Assembly (NCBI GenBank): GCA_001643675.2
Contig: LSRY02000050.1
Span: forward strand, 558,001-622,000
Direction of reading: 5' to 3'
From: Monocercomonoides exilis PA203
Lineage: Eukaryota; Protista; Preaxostyla
DNA: 64,000 nucleotides
The first letter of the stretch is position 1, and the number at the start of each line of letters is the position of its first letter. The position numbers and the translations under genes are program-made. Under the pieces are notes generated by a model. The model was not told the DNA's origin. It did not search any database and was given only the letters and a program-made list of their open reading frames with translations. Positions 23,949 to 43,402 of the stretch are shown one piece after another.

Positions 23949-26300
23949 AGAAATATGATGAAAAAGATTTTTTTTCTTTAAGAAACCATCATAATTATCT
24001 TGTGATTTTTTGTTTCACAGAGTTTCATATTAAAGTATTATTTTATTTTATTTTTTTGATTTTTTATTTTTTTTTTTGAAAAATAGATAAATCAAAAGGT
24101 TCAGGTTGCTCAAACATCGAAGACGATGACATTCAAACAAATTTGATTCTGATGGTCTTTCCAAAAACAAAGAGACTATTTGGAAAATTTTTGGAAAATC
24201 AAAAAGAAGATACTGAAAGCATTTGATGTGATTGTCGAATGAAATAGTCAATTAAAAACTGTGACATTACGTCAGATGCGATGAAGCACATTTTTTAACA
24301 TATCTGGTGATAAACTTCACAAAGATGCAATATGGGATCAACTTCACACAAGTTTTAACAATTTCAAACTTTTTCTGGATTGAAAGCCCAAAAAAATATT
24401 TGTTGACTTTGATATATTTGGAATCAGAAGGATAAAAGGTTTCAATATTGTTTCTCAGAAGAAAAACAAATGTTCTGAAAGTGGAAATGTTTTTCACGAT
24501 ATTGGTACTGTTTTAAACGATTAAGAAAGAATTTTGCGCATCATGAAACAATTCTTTCTGGGAATAAATTGAAATTGAGGAAAGTCAAAAGATTTGTTGT
24601 GATGTTTTCGAAAGGAACAAATGTTCTGTTCACATTGAGAATATTGGGAATGGAAAGGACAATAGTGAGATTTTTATTCGGTATCTTCAGAGATTAATGT
24701 ATGGATATTTGAAATTTTCATCTAAATCAAATTAGAGGAGAATGAAAAGTGGTTGATATTGACGAGGCTGTGTGGCAGAGACGAAAATATCAGAATGGAA
24801 GAATAAATGAACAAATATGGACTGATGAGGTTGTTGAGAGGGTGGAGGAAAGTGGAAATGGCAATCATTTTGCGAATATTGTTTTTTTTTTAGAAAAAGG
24901 AAAACACCTCTTCCCTCCATTTCTGAAACAATTCGGAGAGGAACAACAATTATGAGCAATGAATGAAAAGCACACTCCACTTTGGATCATTAGGATTGCA
25001 TTCATTCAACATTCTGCCATAATGAAAATTCAGTTGGTCCTGTGACAGGTGTTGTATTTATTCTGAAGAGAGCTTGTGGAGAGCTTTGCGAAAATCAAAA
25101 CCTCAATATGGAGTGAGTTTGTTTTCGATTGCAGATCGTTTGGCAAAGAAACTTATGAAAACTTCTCTGATATATTAATTCCATAATTTTTCACATTTGC
25201 ACGTTAAGCACAAAGCGGTGGAACAAACTTCAGCAGATTATGCTGAAGTGGAAAACGAAGATGAATATTGTTAAACACCTCAAATTGAAAATAACAAGTG
25301 TTGTTTTGAAAATGAAAAACATTTATTTCTGCTTCAATTCAAGAAAAAAAAATCTTCTGATTTCGGACTTTGCGGTTTTTATTTATTTTTTTTGAAACTT
25401 TATTCATATTTCAACTACACACATTTCAATTGATAGTTTTTCAGAAGTGTCGTTGATAAATAATCGAAAACACTTTTTTAATTTTGAATGCTAATTCACT
25501 GATGAGAAATAAATTAAAATTTTTGTGATAACTGGTGATTATTATTGAAATCATCACTTTTTTCTGGATGTTGATTTTTCAAAGATTGTTTTCCTTTGGG
25601 ATGAAATTTTACCTTTAAATGCAAAATACTTCCCAATTGTTTCATAAACAAATGTTTTTGTTGAAATAAAGACGAAGATGTCTTTTATTTGCAATTTCAT
25701 TTTCCAGTGTTCATTTGGGGGAAAATATGGACATTCAAGCTTTTTATGCACAGAGTATGAAAAAATTGTTTTACTTATTACTTTGTTTCTCCATCTCAGA
25801 TTTCAAAATAAATTTGATTTTCATATCTATTTACAAACAACGTTGATATTATAACTAATTGTTTTGTGACATCAAACGTAATTCAAAAAATAAACCTATA
25901 TTTTTAATTTTTTGTTAACAAAAAGATAATGAAAAGTGTATAATTTTTCAATGAAAATTCCTAAAGTGAAATATTTTGTCCCAATTGTTGACATTTAGAA
26001 AAAATATTCAAACAAAACATTTTGACAGAAATAAAAAGATCACAAAAACAATCACGTGTGTGTGTAATTCTTTTCAAAAATTTGCAAATGTTTGACACAA
26101 AAATAATAAAAATTCACACATCTTGATCAAATTTCTGTACCAGTTCACATTTCTTTACAAGAATGTGGATGAAAGCATAATCAAGAAATAGCTATCATGA
26201 AAGTTAAGTTTCGTGATGAATACACGAATTTGATCAAAACATAAAATTTTTGTTTTATTTGAAATTAAAACATTTGTGGTTTTTCTAAAAAAATAACTTA

Positions 26301-26706
26301 TAGTAACTTTCATAATAGGCGGACACTTTCCTAATGGCCGGACAGTAGCCTTTTCTCAGCAGCGAATGAATGCAGAATTTTGATTTTTTCCCACATCAAT
26401 CGTAAGGTGAATATGAGTATATGAAGCATTCTGAAAATACTTCATTCTTGTTCATTCATTTTTGAAAAAACAATTTTGTTTTTCGGAGAAATAGGAAATC
26501 GTTTGTTTTTCTGAATTTTTCTGAAAAACAAAATTGTTTTTTCAAAAATGAATGAACAAGAATGAAGTGTTTTCAGAATGCTTCATATACTCATATTCAC
26601 CTTACGATTGATGTGGGAAAAAATCAAAATTCTGCATTCATTCGCTGCTGAGAAAAGGCTACTGTCCGGCCATTAGGAAAGTGTCCGCCTATTATGAAAG
26701 TTACTA
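26301..26706. mobile_element. Fold-back MITE (non-autonomous, Tc1/mariner-pogo-like), ~192-bp TIRs, TA target duplication
   Basis: 26301-26492 is the reverse complement of 26515-26706 with ~3 mismatches; flanked by TA at 26299-26300 and 26707-26708; terminus TAGTAACTTTCATAATAGGCGGACAC; no ORF. Confidence 0.9.
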
Positions 26707-28049
26707 TATATTCAAATTTTTTGTTTCATTTGACAACAAAATGTTTTTTCAAACAAAAAAAAAAAATAGTTATATAAAATTAGGCACAGAAAAAGATTTT
26801 TATATTTCAAAATCTGCTAAAGAAATAATCTCAAATTGAAAACTTGGAGCACAAATTGCAGAAAGAACGTGTGTTTGAACCTCTTCAGAAAAATGTTTAT
26901 TTGTTCTTATGAAAAGTCAAAATAATATAATGAACAAATCTTATGAATAAAGTGTTTCTTTTCAAAAAAAAAAAAAAAAAAAATAACACAAATTTGATAA
27001 AAACTTCTTCTATTGAAGACAATATTTCTTTTTTCATTTTCTAGATATGCTTGGATGAGATTGAAAGGAAAATAAAATAAAATAAATTAATAAATAAAGA
27101 TAAAAACAAAATGGTTAATAGATAAGTACCAAAAGCTGTTGTCTTAAAAATATTTTTTCGATCAAAACAAACAGTTTCTTTTGAAAGTGTCATTTTTCCG
27201 AAAAACCCCTTTCTTTTTTGAATGTGATTATTTTTTTTTGTTTTTGAAAAGTGATAAATTGAAAATACAAAAGTTAGATTTTTGAAAAAACAAAATGAAA
27301 AAAAAAATAATTGACAAAAATTGAAGATTTTTTTCTTATTTTTTTGCGAATAGGATTGAAAGTGATAACAAGAACATCGATAATTGCATTCATGCTCTTT
27401 TATTGATCGATTCTTTTTCTAACAGTTTCAGAATCAATTCGAATTATTTGCAGATTTTTTTTAAATATAGACAACAAGGACAAACAAAAAATTAAAGGAG
27501 AGAAATATAGATTTTTTTTTTCAAACCAGTGCAAAAGAGAATTGTTGAAAGATAAAATTAATTGAAGAAAAGAGTGAGTCAGTGCTTCAATTGAAGTTTT
27601 TTTTAAAAAATTTATAAAAGAAATCTATAAAAGTTAATCAGCGAATGCTTGCTGGAATATTCAAGAAACAATGCTTTTTGTTTGGTGATAAAGCAGTACA
27701 AGTTGATGTTTCATCTTTTCTTTGCAATTTATTGTGCAATTTTGACAGCTAAGTCATCTTTTGCTTGAAGGAAGGAGGCTTCATGATGGAAGCGGAGAAA
27801 GGAAGTTTTGTATTTTGATTCAGCCGAAAACTCTCAAATGTGTAATCTTCTTCTACAACTTCTTCTTCTTCTTTTTTCTTGCATTTGCTTGAGTTCCTTT
27901 CCTTCTTCGGAAATTCCACATGAGATTGAAAAGCAGTCAATCTGTTGAATGGTAGATTCTGCAAGTGCGTTTTTCCATTCTTTTCATTGAAGATTAAAAC
28001 AGCAACGCTGACTCAAACCATTACAGTTCTTTTTCACTTAAATAGCGTT

Positions 28050-28620
28050 TACATTCATTCTCTGGCTGTTCAGTCACCAGAAAATGCATAAAGTTTAAAC
28101 AGAATTGAAAATTCCTTCTGGAATATGTGTGCAAATGCCAACAATTAACATTCTTGTGAATGCAACAGAAGATAAATCCATTCAAAACTCGAAAATATTC
28201 CTTCTTTTCCCAAAATATTTTCAACTCAAAATCCTGTTCGCACTTATTGCTTCTTCTGCTCAGTTCACTCAAAGACATCAGAAGAGAATAATCCAATCAA
28301 AAAACTAACTTTTATTTCTCTTCTGATCCCTTTTCATTTTTTATGTGGCATGCGCTCACTAATTTCTTTCCCCTTTCTCTTCCTAATTCACATTTCCACA
28401 CAAACCCCAAGAACAATCATTTCTCTTCTTTTGATTTAAATATGAGAATCTTTCCTCTTCTTGTTCCACAATCACTTTCTCCTTTCCAGATGCAGCTGAA
28501 CACTCAATCTCATCACATCGACAATTGCTGAATGTTAAAGCAGGTCAACAAAGCGCATTCAAAGAAATATAACTGCAAAACAAAGGAAAGATTTTTGTAC
28601 TAATATTTCATCAGTGGATT
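28050..28620 (+). pseudogene. Possible highly degraded DDE_Tnp_4 (PIF/Harbinger-like) transposase remnant
   Basis: P.INILVNAT and LIASS resemble P.IELLVDAT and VAASS of the 58.2-59.2 kb remnant; downstream NKAHSK resembles the N..HS motif; weak. Confidence 0.3.
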
Positions 28621-30067
28621 TTGAAATTGCCAAGCAGTTGACGAATATATTCAAACTCTTGTAATAGTGCTGATCAAAAGAAGAAACAACGGAATTGATT
28701 TTAAATAATTCTTTTTCAAAGCAGGATCAAAAGACATATCCTGTTCTGAGACTTTTCAATCTGAAATAAACAAAATAACTGCTTCAATCGAAAAATTATT
28801 TCATTCATTTGAGAAAACTTGGGTGTCTTGTCTAACGTTCGCAAATACCTCAGAGAATACAAAATGAAGCAAGAAAATCCTTCTTCTATCAAATCTGAGT
28901 GAGAGCGATTCATATGGAATATAAAAACAAATTCTCTGGATGGCTGCACTTGAAGAAGCAGATCACGAATGTTCTTCATTTCCTGATAATGGCTGGTGCA
29001 TTTAATAAAACAAGCTTCAAATTACAATCACATTTTAACAAAATTGATGGTGCTTCGAAGAATAAAATCCAGTTTCGATCGATCCGAATGTTGTTTGATT
29101 ACCAAAAATCAATCGATAATTGGAGAAATCTTCGATGATGTTCCTCATTTGCTTTTGTTCGAAAATGGAATTGGAAACAATAAAGTCGCTTTCCAGGTTT
29201 GTCCGGATCGGATTGAGAATCAGGTGAGCTGAAGAAATAAATGGTGTTTGTTGGTCCGTTTTTCATTTTCTCCTTCCTTTTTTTCAAAAAATATCCAGAT
29301 TTCCATGTTGCCACTTCTTTTCTGCTAAATAAGCTTCTCCACTGCATTTCCTTCTTGAATGCTATATATATTTGATTGTTCCAACTTTTTCATAAAATTC
29401 CTTCCATTTATCTTCATTCAACAAAATATTTTCTGAATTTGTTTCCATCTTTTGTTCTAATCAAAAAATTCAAAAAAAAGCATGGCACTTGCATAAGTTC
29501 TTCATTGTCAAATTGCTATACAATAATCAGCTCCATTCTCATCTTTATGCTCTGCAAAAGGAGATTGGCCATTTCAACAATAACTCGGATTCCTGCACTC
29601 TGGAGGAGATACAGATGGAAATATCTTTGAAATTAGCAGAACAATATAAAATACATTCATTCATGTATTTCCATTCAAAATGAAAATCGTTATATTTCCT
29701 TGGACAACGAATCTCAATAATTCATCAGATAGAATTTCAATATCAATGCACAGTCACCGTTGTCAACATCCATCATTGGAAATAATTCTTCTAATTCTGT
29801 AAAAAATGTTTATTAATTGATCTCTCGCTTTGTTAATGAGTATTCCTTTTGAAATATCCAAATTGATCAAAACATCCATAACAACAAACAGAAAAAACAA
29901 AGCGTTCTTTTTCTTTGAAATTACAAGTCGAAAAAGTTATCAAAAGATAGAATGGTTTGAACGCATACATTTCTTTCATCTTTTGTGAGGTTTAATTTTT
30001 CATCCGTTTTCTCCAATCCAATCAAATGAACTTTCATTGTGAATATCAAAATGGTGTTGTTTTCTGA

Positions 30068-31539
30068 ATGAAAATTTCTACAAAAAAAAAAAAAAAAATC
30101 TGTATATAGGAGACGGACAACACAAAAATGTTCAATGGTTTGCATTCATTGTTACATTTGAACTCTTTTTGATTGGATTTCTTTTTTCTTTCTTTCTTTT
30201 TTTATGAAGAATTGTTTTATGAACTGGAGCATTGCAGGAAAGATAAACAGAGAAAGAAAATTGGAGAAATGAATGAAATAATTGATGAAATGAACGAAGA
30301 AGAACATAAATTTGTTTTCAAGACAGAACTGTATAACAAAATGAACAAAATGATTGAGAAAAAGAAAATGTCGATGGAAAATGCCACTTGGATGCTGAAG
30401 CATATTGGATATTGCAAAGCACTGAAAAATGTCTGGAATAGATGCTTTGAATATTCAACATTAAACGAAAGATTTGAGAGGATGATAATTGAAGAAGAAA
30501 AGAAAAAAGAAGAAAAAAACAAAAGGCTTTTGATTGATCTTTGCGAATTTTATGTTTTGCTGAATGATAACATTAATTCTGAAATTATTTCAATTTGCGT
30601 GCCTTGCCTTCTGAAAGTTGCATCTGACAAAGAGGAAAGTGGGGAGACTCGAAAAGAAGTGGAAATAGCTTTGCTGGCACTGAGCAACATAGAAAATTAT
30701 GTTAGAACATTATTATTTCCATTTGATATTTTTCTTATTTTTCTTATTTTTCTTATTTCTAATTAGTTTTTAAGGCAAGAACTGTATTTGAAGGAAATTA
30801 CAGAAATCATTGAATATCAGAAGAAGCACAGAAATCTGACACGACTTGCATATTGGTCTGTTTGGGACTTTTTGATTCACCGACTTTTGGCTGACAATAG
30901 CTTGGAAGAAGTTATTGTGAATGAGCTGCATTTTTCGAGAGAAGCAGCAAGAGAACTGGAAGAGCTGACAAGAAATGTGAATTGGAAGAAGAAAGAAGAG
31001 GAAATGAACAAAGAAGAAGCGAAAGAAAAGCTCACATTGAAGAGATGGCTCGAAACATTCTCGATTTATTTTCTCAGATGCAAATTGTGGAATGAAGAAA
31101 ATGCAGGGGTAATCAATAGCATTGTTCAGGTATATCGAGCAGCAAAAGGGGATAATCACAGAGGAATTAGCGATTGGTGCACTTATCCCTTGAGAAATGC
31201 ATCAGAAAATAGAGTTGTGAAAATTAATGACTTGTTGAAAGGAAGGGCTGTGGAAGCTGTTTTGGAAGAGATTCGGCAGCCAACGTTGGATGACAATGCG
31301 ATGAGAAATTGCTTGTATTTCTTTTTGAATGTTTCAAAAAGATTGAAAAGGAAGACAAATAACGAAGCCAATGAAGCGAAAAGAATTGAGTTGAAAAGAA
31401 AGATATTCGAAAATATGGAAGAAGAAGGATACGAAGATACCATCACCAGCTTTCAAGAATTGTTAAGTTTCTCTTTTGAAAAAAATATTTTATTGATTTA
31501 TCTTTAAATATTTCTGATTATCTTGTGAACGCTTTATAA
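30068..31539 (+). pseudogene. Family F copy 4; in-frame TAG in exon 1 and a frameshift near the 3' end (could still be expressed from ATG 30128)
   Basis: TAG at 30107-30109 aligns with CAG in copies 1, 2 and 6; intron 30138-30209; the conserved tail DLSLNISDYLVN lies in a different frame after the A-run at ~31479-31486. Confidence 0.75.
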
Positions 31540-32433
31540 AACAACTTTATATTTTGTTTTTCAATTTTCTCTTTTTTTATCATTTCACAAAAAAGAAAAC
31601 AAATGAGTTTTTTGTATCAACTGTTTTTCCATAACTTCGAAACGAGACAAAGCAATGAAAAAGATAAAAAAGAATAAGAACAAAATGACAATTCGATAAA
31701 TTAACATTTGAGAATAATATGAACTCAACAGACTATTTCATTTTGATTTTTTCTGGGTTTGAATGTGAAAGAAATGCATTTGTTATCAAAGCTTTCTTTC
31801 TATTTGTTTTCTTCTTCTTTTCAACTTATTTTCCATTGTGAATTCTTCAATTCACAATTGCAACGATGGAATTTGTAAATTTCGACAAAAAAAACCAATC
31901 CAAACATCAATAAAAATCGAATATAAGTTCATATAAATTATTTCAAATTTTGACAATTCTTCAGCAACAACAAAAGTGTGTTTTCACTTCAAATTTCTCA
32001 AAGACAGACATGCTTACAATGATGAATTATTTTCTGTGGCTATATGTTTGAAACTTAATCGTAAATTGTTAGTATCGCTTTTTTTCTTTCTTAAAACTGT
32101 GTGCAACAAATCTTTTTTAACATGCAATTTCTGTAAAATATGAAATGCTTTATTTGTAATTATTCAAATGTCTTTTTTAAAAAGCAGATAATTTTCAGAC
32201 TTGAAGTGATCAAAAATAGCATAATATTAGTTGTGATTTCATAAGAAGAACTTAGAAAAGGAAATTACTGCTTTTTTTGCATCAGTCCTCGCGAACTCCA
32301 TTTGTCTGAATTTTTTATGTGATTAAATTATTTTAAGATTTGGAATGTTTTGACTTTGATGTTTTTTATTGAATAATGCGCGGGATTGAAAAATTCATAT
32401 GATAATTGCAAATCCGCTTTTGATGTTCAGAAA

Positions 32434-33912
32434 ATGACAGAAAAGATGAAGAGTACAAATTTTTATTTTCGAGTCAAATTGAATTTTCAGGAATTTTCCT
32501 GCTTTTCTAATTTCTATAAAGATTTCATTTCTCAGTTGACTAATTGCCCAGCGGCAGTTCAAAAGCAGAGAATTGAAGAAGAAATTGATGTTTTGGAAAA
32601 TATGAAAAAAATGGAACTTTATTATGTTCTCACAATTTCCACATTCGAAGATCTTGACAAATTGATTAAAGAAAAGAAAATATCTTTGGACAATATGATT
32701 GATTTATTGAAAGGCATCGGTCATTGCAAAGAGTTGAGCGAGGTGACGGATTCCCTTTATGAATTTTCATCATTGAGAAAAAGAATTGAGAATATAATTT
32801 TTGAAGAAAGCAAAAAGAAAAAAGAAAAGGATGAAAAATTTCTTTCTTCCCTTTGTGAATGCCAAATTCTGCTTTATGATGATTATGAAAAGTTAACAAA
32901 AGAATTTCTTGTTATTGGAGTGCCTTGTCTTTTGAAAGTTGCATTGAACAAAGATGAGAGCAATGAAACTCAAAAAGAAGTGGAATTGGCACTTCTCGCT
33001 TTGAGTTGCATTAGAGACCGTCGTGTTTGAATCACTAAATTCACTTTTATCATTTTATTTTATTTTATTTTATTTTATTTTATTTTATTTTATTTTTTGC
33101 ACATTGACATTGAAAAGAAAGTGAAGAAAAGGATGTGCCGGAATGAAATCAAAGAGATCATTCAATATCATCAGGAGCACAGAAATCTGACATATCTTGC
33201 ATATCAGTCAGCATGGATGATTATGGTTAATGAGTTATCCAATGAAAGCAGTTTGGAAAAAATGATAACGAAAAAACTTCATTTTGTGAGGGAATCAGCA
33301 AGAGAGCTGGGCGAAATGATAAAAAGTGTGGAATGGACGAGAAAAAAAGGGAGAGAAGGAGAGGATGTGAGAACAGAAATGAAAAAATTGAATATTATCA
33401 GGAGGTGGAGAAAAACAATTGTTTCGTATTATCGGAGTTGCACTGTGTGGAGCGAAGAAACAGCGGATTTGCTTTCAGAAGTGGTGAATTTGTGCAAAAA
33501 AGCGAAGGAATTTGCTGGCAAAGGGGAGAAGAGTTTCATCATGGACTTGTGGTGGGTGGTGAGTTCAGGTGTTGTTTGCAATGGGGATATGCTAAGAAGC
33601 GGGGTGGTTGACTTTATGCTTGGCGAAATAACAAGGGAAACGATGAGTTTGGAGCCAACATATTGTTCGGGTTTCTTTGTTGCTCTTGCAAGCAGATTGA
33701 AAAAGAAGAGCAAGAAAGAGGAGAAGAAATGGGAGAAGAAAGAGGAGAAGAAGAAAGAAGCAGAAGAATGGGTGATGAGAAGGAAGATAATTGAGAGGAT
33801 GGAAGAAGAAGGATATGAAGACAGCATCATTGGAATTTTCATGGTGAAGATTTCAACTTCTGATATGTCCTGGTTTGAAGATCCTCTTTCGGATTATTTG
33901 TTCTGTTTGTAG
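32434..33912 (+). CDS. Family F copy 5 (most divergent); start approximate
   Basis: VPCLLKVAL, QKEVELALLAL, YHQEHRNLT, ESAREL, EEEGYED, LSDYL; intron at the conserved second position (~33025-33117). Confidence 0.75.
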
Positions 33913-34015
33913 AAAAATAGAAAATATATGAGAGAAACAAGTGTTCAAAATGAATTCTCGATTTTCTAGATTTTTCTTTTCTTTCTTTCCTTCTTTTCAA
34001 CTTTATATGTAAATA

Positions 34016-36073
34016 GGGTCAGTTATTTATCGGTACCCTTTTTTTTTATTGGGACCTTTTTTTTTGATATGAAAAAAAATTAAATAAAAATTAAAAAAAC
34101 ACAAATGACGAATCCAATTTACGTATAACTTTTCTTTTTCCTTTTTTTCTTTCAATTACATTGATTTCTTCCTTTTCATTTTCATGATCATCATCTTTCA
34201 CTTCAAATTTTCTCTTTATTTTTTTCATTTCAACCAAAGACTCTAACTCATTATCTTCTTTTTGCTCTTCTTTTTTCATTTCTTCAGAAGAATTCTTTTC
34301 ATCATCAACTTTTTCTTCTTTTTCTTCTTTTTCTTCTTCTTTAATTCCCAAATGTTCATACCAATCATTCAGTAGCTTCTCATCAGTTATTAATTTGCCA
34401 TAGAAGTCGAATCTGTTTGAATGAGTTGAAGGTTGATATTCCGATGTTTCTGGCAGCTTCATGAGAATCGGCCCAGATTCGTTATGAAGAACTCCACTCG
34501 TCGCGAAGGCTTTTTTAATGACAGCAGGTGAGAGGGCGGTATGAATTGCTTGAGGGAGAACATCCACAAGAGCTGTTCTTTTTGATGAAGATGTCGATGA
34601 AGATGGAGGTTCATATTTTGTTTGCAACTTTGTTTTCAGAACAGCGAAGACTCCTCTGTCAAGAGGCTGTGCGATATGTGTGCTGTGAGGAATGAAGGTG
34701 ACGACGTCGATATTTTCTTTTTGAAATTCTCTCCAGATTGTTGGATCTGCGCGAGAAATGTGTGAGTCGATGAGAAGCAAGCAGCGAGAGTTTTCCAGTG
34801 ACATGCGCTTTCTGCGATCGATTATTCCTTGAAGGAGTGTTGTAAGTGCGTATTTTTTGAATTGGTTGCACCCCATCCAACCACTTCCGTTCGGCCAGAT
34901 ATCCAAAGTCTGTGACAACAGTGGCTTCATTTCATCAGGAAGACTTTTGCTTGGCCATAGAATCACAGAAGGAAGTGCAAATCCATCAGCAGCCACAGCA
35001 GCGACCAGAGTAGAATTCGCCATTTTCGGTGGTTCTTTGCGAAATCCTGGATTTTCATTTTTTGGATGAACCACGCTCAGCTTAGAATTGGTAGGAACTC
35101 TCAGTGAAGACTCATCCATGTTAAATATCAGTTCTTTGCAGTATTCATTTTTTTCATGGAAGCCGTCCAGCAATGAATACCAGGGCTGCAGAACACTTTG
35201 GCACGACACCGCAAGGCGATTAACATCAACATTTTTCGGCGAACTTCTCTTTAGCTCTGGATGGCGCTTCACAAATTGGTAAGCCGTAGCCATTGAAATG
35301 TTAACGTATGGGGCGTCTTCGTCGTCTGTATCATTTATTACATTTTCCATCTAATATATTTATTAGAATTATTAATTATTTAACAACAACAAACCAGTTC
35401 GCGAACTTTCCGTATTGGCAAACAGCTTCCAGATCTTGATTCAATGATTATTTCATCCAGAACAATTTGTTCTTTGTCTCCTATAACAAATTGCGGTCTT
35501 TACACTTTTGAAACCAGCCTTTTGCTTCTCAGCGCCCGAACAGCGTTTTTGATCCTTTTTCGTGAGAATTCCATGGAGTTTATAACGTCTGTAATCCTGA
35601 CAACTCCATCAACCACAATGCGCGCCATCCGTTCCAGCCGATTGTCAATCCTTCTGTAATCGAAAGATTTCATTGCAGCACGTAATTTCCTTTGTCCAGC
35701 AATTCTCTTTTGTTCCACAGCAATTTTCATTTTTTTATTATGGTTATGATCTTAAGTCCAATTAATTAATTTATTAATTTTAATTTTCAATTTTCATTGA
35801 AATTAAATTTTTATTTACATTCAATACGAATTTAAATGGTTTTATACCCCTTGTTACCCGCCTATTTATTTATTTTTTTCGATGGAAGGGATTAACCCCC
35901 CCATCTCCCCCCCATTGGAAATAGGCTTCGTATTCAAATGTAATTATCCTAATTTTCAGGGTTTGCTTATATACTGATAATGTTTATAAATATATAAAAA
36001 GTGGGAATTTTAATTTTCTTTTTAAAAATTTCGGCACTGTTAAAAAAAAAAGGTCCCGATTAATAACTGACCC
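34016..36073 (-). mobile_element. pogo/Fot1-like (DD35D) DNA transposon, ~2.06 kb
   Basis: Imperfect ~30-bp TIRs GGGTCAGTTATT(T/A)ATCGG(T/G)ACC+Tn at 34016 and 36073; TA on both flanks (34014-15, 36074-75); internal DDE_1 transposase. Confidence 0.92.
34091..35730 (-). pseudogene. DDE_1 transposase, exons 35730-35395 and 35350-34091, single in-frame TAA at 35502-35500
   Basis: Catalytic motifs FNMDES, LLIDSH, QPLD with 35 residues between the last two Asp; 44-nt GT-AG intron 35394-35351; N-terminal HTH-like part is in frame except for one stop (KV*RPQ). Confidence 0.85.
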
Positions 36074-36125
36074 TATATATGAACAAATCATTTTTTTCTC
36101 AAATTGTATAAATATTTCTTTCAAT

Positions 36126-36166
<41 letters not shown>

Positions 36167-36754
36167 CGGAATCGTTTCTCCCACTGAAATCAATTTTCTT
36201 TTCAAAAATTATACATGTTTTGTCTTTTTTTCATTGAATTCGTAAATGTCTGGAGTTTTTTTTAATTTTCTCACTTTATTTATCAAAAAACACTTTTTAT
36301 TTCTTCCTTTTGGAATAATGACATCGATTTTCATATCTCTATCCATACCACCATCTCATTCTTGTAATATCCTGAAATCTTTTTGGGAGAAGAATAAAAT
36401 GCAAGTTATCAATGGAAAGTTATATTTATTTGAATGTGAAAATACGTAACAATTGAAACAAATAATTAGAAACAACATAAACTCAAATTAAAAACTGTTG
36501 TTGTGAAAATAGAAAGTTCAAAGCTTTATATTAAATCCTTTTTAGAAACACTGTCTTTATCAAAAAAAAAGTCTGATCAAATTTACCAAAACACTAATTG
36601 ATAAATAAAGGTTTATCTTTTTGAAAGAAAATGATGCTTTGAGCAGCAAAAGTCTGTTTCTGTTAAAGTATTTTCATGTAATTCATTATTTACTAGAAAT
36701 GTACAAGGTCAATTAGACTATTCATGCAAAGAGACTTATTCTTTTTAACTGTAG

Positions 36755-42844
<6,090 letters not shown>

Positions 42845-42896
42845 TTTTAACGAATTTTTAAAAAATTTTTTGTTTGATCATTTCCCACATTTCAAA

Positions 42897-43402
42897 ATGA
42901 CAAGGGCAGACTCTGATAAACCTCTTGAAATTCTGTTTTGCCCATCATGGTTATAATTTTGTTTTTTAAAAATATTTAAATTTAGAAAGTTTATTTGTTT
43001 TTCCTTTATGTGATTTTCAGTAGCAATCTTTTATACCCAAGGGAAAATCCTGCTTTAAAAAGACTGATGTATGTGTGTAAGTCATGCGATCATCAAGAGG
43101 AAGCAACGGATCATTGCGTTTTTAGACATTCTTTGAAACACACAGAATCTGAAAGGCCAAGAATTATCCACTCTCTTATTACTGATCCAACTCTTCCAAG
43201 AACTGATAGTGCAAGGTTTTGAACTTGTTTTTTAATAAACTACTCACAAAAATTTGTAACATTTTTTTTTTTCAGTTGCCCCGTATGTGGATATAATAAA
43301 GCTGTATTCTTCCAGTCAAACACAGGAAAGGAGGCAGAACAAACGATGATGATGACTTACATTTGTTGCAATCCAGATTGTCGGCATTCTTGGACAACTT
43401 GA
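42897..43402 (+). CDS. RPB9: RNA polymerase II subunit RPB9, 3 exons (42897-42949, 43021-43215, 43276-43402)
   Basis: FCPSCSNLLYPRE...LMYVCKSCDHQEEA, DPTLPRT, CPVCG..KAVFFQS, YICCNPDCRHSWT: the two zinc ribbons of RPB9/POLR2I; GT-AG introns in phase. Confidence 0.95.

Noticed and set aside
24080-25300. Possible CACTA/Transib-like transposase relic (DSDG..W, CCD..R, DCIH peptides)
   Set aside because: The peptides are short, separated by many stops, and alternative frames read equally well; cannot be supported without a profile search
30107-35502. UAA/UAG = Gln genetic code (known in some oxymonads), suggested by a TAG aligned to Gln at 30107 and a TAA inside the transposase
   Set aside because: Long AT-rich ORFs (1442 and 1135 aa) contain no TAR codons, and genes end at TAA/TAG at expected positions (10338, 19638, 33912); point mutations explain both cases
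35885-35920. G-quadruplex in the transposase promoter
   Set aside because: Only two long G runs plus one short one on the minus strand; not a convincing four-tract motif
26301-36073. MITE as a derivative of the neighbouring pogo element
   Set aside because: Termini differ (TAGTAACTTTCATAATAGGCGGAC versus GGGTCAGTTATTWATCGGKACC); only the TA target is shared
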